Shown: positions 56,948-64,000 of the stretch, in pieces
Layout: each line of letters starts with the position of its first letter
How positions within the stretch are numbered: the first letter of the stretch is position 1
DNA from: an uncultured Planctomycetales bacterium
GTDB lineage: Bacteria; Omnitrophota; Gorgyraeia; Zapsychrales; JANLHA01
Assembly: GCA_964474085.1 (NCBI GenBank)
Contig: CAYYRJ010000001.1
Coordinates: 91,631 to 155,630, forward strand
Direction of reading: 5' to 3'
DNA length: 64,000 bases
Notes under the pieces: generated by a model
Told to the model about the DNA's origin: nothing
Seen by the model: only the letters and a program-made list of their open reading frames with translations
The model's database searches: none
Made by a program: the position numbers and the translations under genes

Positions 56948-58033
56948 ATGAAACAAATGGCCAAACAGCGTATTTTTGACGTTGAGCCTTATCGTCCGGG
57001 TAAGCCGATCGACGAGGTCAAACGTGAGCTTAACCTAAAAAAAGTCATTAAGTTGGCTTCCAATGAGAATCCTTATGGCCCGTCGCCTAAAGTTTTAAAG
57101 GCGATGGTCAAAGAAGCCAAGTCGGTGAATCGTTATCCCGACGGGGGATGTTTTTATTTGCGCCAAGCGCTGGCCAAACATCTGGGTGTCGATGGTGAAA
57201 ATTTGATTTTTGGCAATGGCTCGGATGAAATTATTGTGATGGCGATACGCGCCTTTGTTGCACCAGGCGATGAGGTTGTGATTGCTAAACCGTCGTTTTT
57301 AATTTATGACATTGCCGCGCGGCTTGAGGGCGCGGTTATCAAAGCGATTGCACTCAAGGACCTTTATTATGACCTTGATAGGATGCGTGCGGCGATTACC
57401 GATAAGACCAAAATCGTTTTTATCGGAAATCCGGACAATCCAGCTGGAACTTTTGTTAATCAAATGCAATTGGTTAGCTTTTTAAAAAGTATCCGAAAAG
57501 ACATTTTAGTCTTTATCGACGAGGCTTACTTTGAATTTGTGGATGACAAAAGTTATCCGGACACCATCAAGCTTTTGAAAACATATAAAAATATCGTCGT
57601 CACCCGCACGTTTTCAAAGCTCTATGGTTTGGCGGGTTTGCGTTTAGGCTATGGGATTGCGGATAAAGAAATCATTGATATTTTAAATCGCCTTCGCGAA
57701 CCGTTTAATGTCAATTCGATAGCGCAAGTGGCCGCTGTTGCATGTTTGCAGGACAAGGCGTATTATCGACGCATTGGCCGTGAGGTTAGCCAAGAGCGCA
57801 AAAAGCTTTATCAGCAATTAAAGAAAATGGGTTTAGGCTACAGCGAAACGGTAACGAATTTTATTTTAGTGGATGTCAAAAAAGACTCAACAAAAGTGTG
57901 CAATGCGCTTCTTAAAAAAGGCGTGATTGTCCGCGACATGGCGTTTTGGGGGTTGAAAAATTATTTGCGTGTGTCGATTGGAACACCGTCGGAAAACGCG
58001 CAGTTTATCGCCGCGCTAAAAGCAGTTTTGTGA
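56948..58033 (+). CDS. hisC: Histidinol-phosphate / aromatic aminotransferase (HisC family, class II PLP)
   Basis: LASNENPYGPSPKV, DEAYFEF, and the PLP lysine in TFSKLYGLAGLRLGYG. The aromatic-cluster context suggests a role in Phe/Tyr synthesis. Confidence 0.8.
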   Translation: MKQMAKQRIFDVEPYRPGKPIDEVKRELNLKKVIKLASNENPYGPSPKVLKAMVKEAKSVNRYPDGGCFYLRQALAKHLGVDGENLIFGNGSDEIIVMAIRAFVAPGDEVVIAKPSFLIYDIAARLEGAVIKAIALKDLYYDLDRMRAAITDKTKIVFIGNPDNPAGTFVNQMQLVSFLKSIRKDILVFIDEAYFEFVDDKSYPDTIKLLKTYKNIVVTRTFSKLYGLAGLRLGYGIADKEIIDILNRLREPFNVNSIAQVAAVACLQDKAYYRRIGREVSQERKKLYQQLKKMGLGYSETVTNFILVDVKKDSTKVCNALLKKGVIVRDMAFWGLKNYLRVSIGTPSENAQFIAALKAVL

Positions 58034-58060
58034 AGACCGAGACATTAGTGTTTTGGTATA

Positions 58061-58100
58061 TTCCTTCTCCCCGACGGGGAGAAGGTTAGGATGAGGGGTT
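58061..58100. repeat. G/C-tract palindromic repeat, inverted copy
   Basis: ttccttctccccgacggggagaaggttaggatgaggggtt is the reverse complement of the element at 58123-58169 and 7217-7256. Confidence 0.45.
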
Positions 58101-58122
58101 ATTAAGAGTGAACAGATGAAGA

Positions 58123-58169
58123 TTCCCCCTCACCTTAGTTCTCTCCCCCAAAATGGGGAGAGGAAGGTT
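58123..58169. repeat. G/C-tract palindromic repeat, forward copy
   Basis: ttccccctcaccttagttctctcccccaaaatggggagaggaaggtt. Together with 58061-58100 it forms a composite inverted repeat of about 110 bp. Confidence 0.45.
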
Positions 58170-58223
58170 GATAAGCGGTATCCTGAAAACCTTTGTTAGA
58201 GTCTGTGAAATTAGAGGAGGGAT

Positions 58224-59225
58224 ATGAAAAGATTATTTTTTTATATTGGGTTGATGGTTTTTGGCTTGTCCTCATCTTGTTTTGCCTATGAAGTTGAGAA
58301 AGTTTTTTATAAAGACGGTGCTCTTAAAGAAGAAATAATTAAAGAGGATGAGGAGATATTTATAACAAGGAAATTTTATCTGACAGGTCAAATTGCGTCG
58401 ATGAATGTCTTTGCCCCGCGCAAATTTAATGAGAGCTATACATATTTTTTGGACGGTAAAATTAAAAGTCGTTCTTGTGCGGTTGACCAAGAAAATAAAA
58501 CTTTTGTGCAAGAATTTAATGACAACGGTTTGATTTTTATTGAAGTTGAAACTAAAGGTGCCGAAGTTGTTCGAAAACTTTTTGATGAAAATGGTCTTCG
58601 TCAAAAATGTATAGAAAAGAAAAATATAGAAAAATGCACGCGTTATGATCAAGATGGAAAAGTGCTTCGAGATGGAGTTAGCAAGGGATTTTATAAGAAC
58701 GGTAAATTGTTGTGGGAACAAGGATTAAAAGATGGGAAACTCAATGGATTAAGTCGGTTTTATTATTCAAATGGGCAAATAAAAAATGAAAGTAGTTTTA
58801 AGAATGACAATTTGATTGGTGATCAGAAGTTTTATACGCGCAATGGGGTTTTGACTTGTGAAATAAACTATCCGTACGAATTTAATCAATGGAATTTCGA
58901 GAAAGAGGTAGAAAACGGCTATGTAACAAAAATTTCTTATTCCGATTCACAAGGTAAATGTTTCGGTTCTTTGAAGGCTTACGATGAACAAGGGAAGATG
59001 ATTTTTCATTATTATTGCGATGGTGCAGGGAAACCAATAACAGAAATTTATGATGGTTTTAAAGATAATTCCGGGAATTTATATTTTTTGGGTGAATATC
59101 CAGACAGAATAAAAACTGAAATAGTAGTTTGGGTGGATGCTAATCCTCTTCCTAAGAATGGTTCAAAGGTAAAAATTAAGTATGATAGTGAGTTCCAAAA
59201 TAACATGCAAAAATATTTTAAATAA
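58224..59225 (+). CDS. Secreted MORN-variant repeat protein (YwqK-like)
   Basis: Signal peptide MKRLFFYIGLMVFGLSSSCFA. Repeated YKNGKLLWEQG / YSNGQIKNESSFKNDNLIGDQKFYTRNG motifs. Confidence 0.5.
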   Translation: MKRLFFYIGLMVFGLSSSCFAYEVEKVFYKDGALKEEIIKEDEEIFITRKFYLTGQIASMNVFAPRKFNESYTYFLDGKIKSRSCAVDQENKTFVQEFNDNGLIFIEVETKGAEVVRKLFDENGLRQKCIEKKNIEKCTRYDQDGKVLRDGVSKGFYKNGKLLWEQGLKDGKLNGLSRFYYSNGQIKNESSFKNDNLIGDQKFYTRNGVLTCEINYPYEFNQWNFEKEVENGYVTKISYSDSQGKCFGSLKAYDEQGKMIFHYYCDGAGKPITEIYDGFKDNSGNLYFLGEYPDRIKTEIVVWVDANPLPKNGSKVKIKYDSEFQNNMQKYFK

Positions 59226-59240
59226 GATAAAGGAGAAAAT

Positions 59241-60257
59241 ATGATTGTCATTCTTAAACCAGATGCATCCGAAGAGCAGTTGCAACACTTGATCAAAAAG
59301 ACAGAAGCTTTAGGGCTTAAAGCGCATGTTTCGCGCGGGGTCGAACGCACGATTATCGGCTTTATCGGGCCGGAAGATGTGCTGCGCGTCACACCTTTGG
59401 AAGTTTTTCCCGGTGTTGAAAGCGTTATTCCCGTCTTGGCGCCGTACAAGTTAGTTTCGCGCGAGTTTAAAAAGGAATCGTCGGTGATAAAGTTAAAGGA
59501 CGATATTTGTATCGGCGGCAAAAAAATCATTGTGATGGCCGGTCCCTGTTCGATCGAAAGCCACAGTTCCCTTTTATCTGTTGCCAAAGAAGTCCAAAAA
59601 TCCGGTGCAACGGTTTTGCGCGGCGGGGCTTTTAAACCGCGGACCTCGCCGTATGATTTTCAGGGGTTAGGCGAAGAAGGCTTAAAATATTTGCAGGACG
59701 TCGGACAATCGACAGGACTTGCAACGGTCACCGAAGTTATGGATGCGCGTGATGTTGAGCTGATCGGAAAGTACAGCGACATTTATCAAATTGGTGCGCG
59801 CAATATGCAGAATTTTTCACTTCTCAAGGAAGTCGGCATGACGCACAAGCCGGTCATGCTCAAACGTGGTTTAAGTGCGACGATCAAAGAGTTGCTCATG
59901 TCCGCCGAATACATTCTTTCCAAAGGAAATTTTAATGTTATTTTGTGTGAACGTGGAATCCGCACCTTTGAAACAGCGACGCGCAATACCCTAGATATTA
60001 ATGCTGTGGCAGTTGTCAAAGAGTTGACGCATCTTCCGATGATGGTTGATCCCAGCCATGCGACAGGATATTGGAATTTTGTTGGTGCGGCCGCTAAAGC
60101 CGGTGTCGCGGCCGGTTGTGATGGGCTTATGATTGAAGTCCATGCAAATCCACAACAGGCTTTATCCGACGGAGCTCAGTCTTTGTTGCCGCAGAAGTTT
60201 GAGGCGTTGATGGGGCAGTTGCGTTTGGTGGCCCAAGCGGTTTCTCGGGAAATTTAA
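59241..60257 (+). CDS. 3-deoxy-7-phosphoheptulonate (DAHP) synthase, type I-beta, with an N-terminal regulatory extension
   Basis: KKIIVMAGPCSIESHSSLL...LRGGAFKPRTSPYDFQGLGEEGL...YQIGARNMQN...MVDPSHATG are the DAHPS/KDO8PS-family motifs. Confidence 0.8.
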   Translation: MIVILKPDASEEQLQHLIKKTEALGLKAHVSRGVERTIIGFIGPEDVLRVTPLEVFPGVESVIPVLAPYKLVSREFKKESSVIKLKDDICIGGKKIIVMAGPCSIESHSSLLSVAKEVQKSGATVLRGGAFKPRTSPYDFQGLGEEGLKYLQDVGQSTGLATVTEVMDARDVELIGKYSDIYQIGARNMQNFSLLKEVGMTHKPVMLKRGLSATIKELLMSAEYILSKGNFNVILCERGIRTFETATRNTLDINAVAVVKELTHLPMMVDPSHATGYWNFVGAAAKAGVAAGCDGLMIEVHANPQQALSDGAQSLLPQKFEALMGQLRLVAQAVSREI

Positions 60258-60354
60258 CAGGAGCTTTTAAAAGAAAAATTCCTGGCAGCCCCAATTTTTT
60301 ATAAACTAAATCCTATCGAAAGAATTGGGATTAACATGATAAGAAAGCAAAAAT

Positions 60355-61215
60355 ATGATTGTTACCCTTCGCCCGACATTTTTTCGTAAAGTTACATTTT
60401 TGGGGTTAGGTTTAATCGGCGGGTCTCTGGCTAAAGCCATGCGTCAAAACCGTCTGGCCAAAGAAATTGTCGGCCTTTCGCAAAGTCAGCAAACGCTCTC
60501 CACGGCGCTTAAGGAAGGCATTATCGATCAGGGCTATCATGATGTTGCCAAAGCTGTTGCTAACGCAGATCTGGTTGTTTTGGCGGCACCGGTTGGTGTT
60601 ATTGCGACGATGTTGTCCTCCATGGGTCCTCATTTGCGCCGGGGATGTATTGTGACGGATGTTGGAAGTTCCAAACAGCTTATTGTTACTGCCGCACATA
60701 AATATTTACCGGATCATGTTTTTTTTGTCGGGTCGCATCCTTTGGCCGGTTCTGAAAAGACTGGAGTCGCTTACGCCAACGCCGATTTATTTCAAAATAC
60801 AACGTGTCTTATGACACCGACAGATGCGACACACAGAGTTGCAAAAGAAAGAGTCAAGCTTTTGTGGAGCAAGGTAGGCAGCCATGTGAAGTTTGTTTCC
60901 CCTGACGAGCATGACAAAATTTTGGGCTATGTCAGTCATTTGCCGCATTTGATCGCTTATGCGCTGATGGAAACAATTCCTTCTGAATTTTTGCCGTACG
61001 CGGCCCAAGGGTTAAAAGATACAACACGGATTGCCGGTTCTTCAAATCAAATGTGGACGGATATTGCCCTTAGCAATAAAAAGAATCTCATAAAATCTAT
61101 TGATGAAGTTGCAAAAAATCTTTCTTTGATCCGCAAGGCGATCAGTACCGACGATCAAAAGACTCTCCTTAACTTGTTTAAAAATGCAAAAGCCAAACGT
61201 GACAGCCTCAGCTAA
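60355..61215 (+). CDS. tyrA: Prephenate (or arogenate) dehydrogenase
   Basis: Rossmann GLGLIGGSLAKAM, then the catalytic region VGSHPLAGSEKTG. Confidence 0.8.
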   Translation: MIVTLRPTFFRKVTFLGLGLIGGSLAKAMRQNRLAKEIVGLSQSQQTLSTALKEGIIDQGYHDVAKAVANADLVVLAAPVGVIATMLSSMGPHLRRGCIVTDVGSSKQLIVTAAHKYLPDHVFFVGSHPLAGSEKTGVAYANADLFQNTTCLMTPTDATHRVAKERVKLLWSKVGSHVKFVSPDEHDKILGYVSHLPHLIAYALMETIPSEFLPYAAQGLKDTTRIAGSSNQMWTDIALSNKKNLIKSIDEVAKNLSLIRKAISTDDQKTLLNLFKNAKAKRDSLS

Positions 61216-61225
61216 GACAAACATC

Positions 61226-61876
61226 ATGACGATTGCCATTGATGGGCCGGCGGGCGCTGGGAAAAGTACCGTCGCCAAAATATTGGCCAAAGCGCTTGGC
61301 ATTTCGTATCTGGACACCGGGGCGATGTATCGCGCGTTGACGCTCAAGGCGATTGAAAAGAAAGTAAATCTGGAAAACGGTGAAGCTTTAGCGGACCTTG
61401 CGAAAGAAACCAAAATTGAATTAAAGCCTTCTGCTGCGGGATTAAATATTTTTTTAGACGGGGAAGATGTCAGCCAAGAAATTCGCACTCCTCAGGTGAC
61501 CAATAATACTTTTTATATTGCCCGCGCCCCAGAGGTTAGAGAGATAATGGTCAGCTTGCAAAGAGAGTTAGGGAAAAAGCAAAGCGTTGTGGCTGAAGGC
61601 AGGGACATCGGGACGGTTGTTTTTCCCCATGCGACCAAGAAGTTTTATTTAGACGCCGATTTTAACGAACGGGCCCGCCGGCGGATTAAAGAGCTACAGG
61701 ACAAAGGCAAGGTCGTTGACGAAAAGCAGTTGCAAAAAGAGTTGGATGAACGCGACCAAAAAGACTTTACCCGTAAAGTCGGGCCTCTAAAAAAAGCGTC
61801 GGACGCGATCGTGATTGATTCGACTGGATTAACCGCAGAAGAGACTGCAGAAAAAATTTTAGGATATCTTAAATAA
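61226..61876 (+). CDS. cmk: Cytidylate kinase
   Basis: MTIAIDGPAGAGKSTVAKILAKALGISYLDTGAMYRA. The track ORF starts at 61184 and overlaps tyrA. Confidence 0.85.
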   Translation: MTIAIDGPAGAGKSTVAKILAKALGISYLDTGAMYRALTLKAIEKKVNLENGEALADLAKETKIELKPSAAGLNIFLDGEDVSQEIRTPQVTNNTFYIARAPEVREIMVSLQRELGKKQSVVAEGRDIGTVVFPHATKKFYLDADFNERARRRIKELQDKGKVVDEKQLQKELDERDQKDFTRKVGPLKKASDAIVIDSTGLTAEETAEKILGYLK

Positions 61877-61883
61877 AAAAACT

Positions 61884-63674
61884 ATGGACCTATCATTAAT
61901 CAGAAATTTTTCTATCATTGCCCATATCGATCATGGCAAGTCGACACTTGCGGATCGTTTGCTTTTGTTTACCGGAGCTATTGACGAGCGTAAATTTAAA
62001 AACCAATTGCTCGACGATATGGATATCGAGCGCGAACGGGGGATCACGATCAAAGCCTCTGCGGTGCGCATTGAGTATAAGGCTAAAGACGGCAAGACCT
62101 ACATTTTTAATTTGATCGATACGCCCGGCCATGTTGATTTTTCGTATGAAGTCGAAAAGTCTCTGCGTGCCTGTGAAGGGGCGCTCTTGGTTGTTGACGC
62201 CTCTCAAGGGGTTGAGTCGCAGACGGTCGCTAATTATTATTTGGCTATCGATAACAATTTAGAAATTTTGCCTGTCGTCAACAAAATCGACATTGTCAAC
62301 ATTGATATCAACCACGCCAAAAACGAAATGGTCGAGGCTTTAGGATTTAAAGAGGCGGACATTCAATTTATTTCGGCCAAAGCAGGCATTGGGATCGATA
62401 AATTATTTGAAAAGATCGTCGAGTATATCCCGCCTCCGGAAGGTGATGAAAACAAGCCTCTGCAGGCGTTTATTTTTGACATGAAGTATGACATTTATAA
62501 AGGCATTATTATTTATGTGCGCGTCGTTAACGGATCGCTCAAGCCGGGCGTGCGGATCAAAATGATGCACACGGGCAAGGAATTTAATATCGAAGAGGTC
62601 GGTGTGTTTCATCCCGAGCCGGTTAAAGTTAAAGGTTTGTCGACGGGAGAAGTCGGGTATATTACCTGCAGCATTCATGAACCGCGGGAAGTGCAGATTG
62701 GAGACACTGTTACAGAAGTGGCCAATCCGGCAGCTGAACCTTTGCCTGGTTATCGGCAACTTAACCCGCTTGTGTTTTGCGGGGTTTATCCGGTTAACTC
62801 CAAAGATTTTATGGCCCTGCGGGAGGCGATTGAAAAATTGCGACTCAATGATCCGAGCTTTGTTTATGAATTAGAAAGTTCATTGTCGTTTGGTCATGGA
62901 TTTCGTTGCGGATTTTTAGGTCTTCTGCATATGGAGGTTGTGCAGGAACGTTTGCAAAGAGAATATGACTTAAATCTTATTTTGACGACGCCCAATGTTC
63001 AGTATCGTTGTATCCCAAAGAGCGGCGAGCCGTTTTTTATTGAAAACCCGGCCCAGCTTCCCGAATCGTCGGAGCAATACAAACTTGAAGAACCGGTGCT
63101 CGAAGTCGCCATTTTAACGCCGGTTGTCTCGATGGACCAAGTCATGGAGTTGGCCAAGCGCAAACGGGGAATTTTTGTCAAAAGCGAGTTTGTTTCGGAC
63201 CGCATGCGTGTTATTTTTGATATTCCGTTGTCTGAGGTCATCGTGGACTTTAATGATTTGATAAAATCCGTAACCCGCGGCTATGGCTCGATTGATTATA
63301 AGTTCAAAGGATTTTTTCCAGCTCAGATTGCCAAACTCGACATCATGATTAATGATAAAATCTGCGATGCGTTTTCGTGTTTGGTTAGCAAAGATCGTGC
63401 GTATGAAAAAGGCTCGGCGCTCGTCGGAAAACTGAAGGATTTGATTCCTCAACAGCTTTTTGAAGTCCGCGTGCAGGCGGTGAGTGATGGACGGATTATT
63501 TCGGGCGCCAAGGTCAAGGCGGCGGGAAAGAATGTGACGGCCAAGTGTTACGGTGGGGACATTTCGCGCAAACGCAAGCTTTGGGAAAAACAAAAAGAGG
63601 GAAAAAAGAAACTCAAGCAAATCGGGAATGTGGAGGTCCCTCAGGAAGCCTTTTTGGCCGCTTTGAAAATTTAA
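61884..63674 (+). CDS. lepA: Elongation factor 4 (LepA)
   Basis: GTPase domain IRNFSIIAHIDHGKSTLADRLL, DTPGHVDF and NKID, plus the LepA-specific C-terminal domain. Confidence 0.9.
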   Translation: MDLSLIRNFSIIAHIDHGKSTLADRLLLFTGAIDERKFKNQLLDDMDIERERGITIKASAVRIEYKAKDGKTYIFNLIDTPGHVDFSYEVEKSLRACEGALLVVDASQGVESQTVANYYLAIDNNLEILPVVNKIDIVNIDINHAKNEMVEALGFKEADIQFISAKAGIGIDKLFEKIVEYIPPPEGDENKPLQAFIFDMKYDIYKGIIIYVRVVNGSLKPGVRIKMMHTGKEFNIEEVGVFHPEPVKVKGLSTGEVGYITCSIHEPREVQIGDTVTEVANPAAEPLPGYRQLNPLVFCGVYPVNSKDFMALREAIEKLRLNDPSFVYELESSLSFGHGFRCGFLGLLHMEVVQERLQREYDLNLILTTPNVQYRCIPKSGEPFFIENPAQLPESSEQYKLEEPVLEVAILTPVVSMDQVMELAKRKRGIFVKSEFVSDRMRVIFDIPLSEVIVDFNDLIKSVTRGYGSIDYKFKGFFPAQIAKLDIMINDKICDAFSCLVSKDRAYEKGSALVGKLKDLIPQQLFEVRVQAVSDGRIISGAKVKAAGKNVTAKCYGGDISRKRKLWEKQKEGKKKLKQIGNVEVPQEAFLAALKI

Positions 63675-63706
63675 GTGAAACGCAACGATAATGAAAAGAG
63701 TTTTAT

Positions 63707-64000
63707 ATGGAAACATTGATGACTAATAGTGCGAACCAAAATTTTTCAAATCCTAGTAAGCGTATTTTTAGAGCTTTATGGAATTTCATTGCATTGCCGA
63801 TTGGCTATATTTTTGCGGCTGTCATAATTTTATCGTCTAAGCGTCCAGCTCAGGGATATTGGGCTTATTTATGCGGGCCAGATGGCCGAATATTAGCTCA
63901 GGAATGGGGGGACGCGGTTCTTTTTGCGTTTATCCTCGCAATGTTTATTCGTTCATTTTTTCTTCAGGCTTTTCGTATTCCCAGCGGTTCGATGCGTATG
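63707..64000 (+). CDS. lepB: Signal peptidase I, 5' portion (continues beyond the window)
   Basis: TM helix followed by the catalytic Ser box FRIPSGSM at the window end. Confidence 0.75.
   Translation, partial: METLMTNSANQNFSNPSKRIFRALWNFIALPIGYIFAAVIILSSKRPAQGYWAYLCGPDGRILAQEWGDAVLFAFILAMFIRSFFLQAFRIPSGSMRM

Overview
This 64-kb window is bacterial chromosomal DNA of roughly 45% GC from an unidentified, probably non-model lineage. I could not assign a phylum from the sequence. Most of the window is a co-directional (+ strand) housekeeping backbone. In order it carries groEL (3' part), two orphan receiver proteins, a GuaB3-like IMPDH-family gene, guaA, lemA, an M48 peptidase, dnaE, hup (HU), hisS, a short aspS, a LysM lipoprotein, phoH, a 7TM-HD protein, ybeY, recO, ridA, an ACP-like protein, smc, cvpA, dnaG, rpoD, two tRNAs, rnhA overlapping rnpB (RNase P RNA), yebC, ruvC, ruvA, scpB, an aromatic amino-acid cluster (pheA, hisC-family aminotransferase, DAHP synthase, tyrA), cmk, lepA and the start of lepB. 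Three kinds of accessory content interrupt the backbone. First, four paralogous genes (2.5-5.7 kb, 11.6-15.8 kb, 15.9-19.6 kb and 19.7-23.2 kb) encode 1073-1409-aa secreted proteins. These share an N-terminal domain of about 350 aa and a C-terminal tail of about 65 aa (motifs GGIDF..LQ.KRD..GVPLP..QQ...PVIINIAPV), neither of which I recognise. Their cores are swapped (coiled coil, HEAT/PBS-lyase repeats, possibly a kinase-like fold). Two of the four share a 2.3-kb near-identical tandem duplication, and three carry an in-frame palindromic insertion. Second, a minus-strand trio of secreted tail-fibre-like proteins has Hep_Hag/YadA-head-like G/S/N repeat cores and C-terminal phage S74 intramolecular-chaperone domains, with no other phage genes nearby. 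Third, there are several families of small palindromic repeat elements. Two small GIY-YIG nuclease genes sit beside such repeats: one is flanked by hairpin inverted repeats, the other sits in a tRNA locus full of tRNA-fragment duplications. No CRISPR array, cas genes, integrase or transposase were seen.
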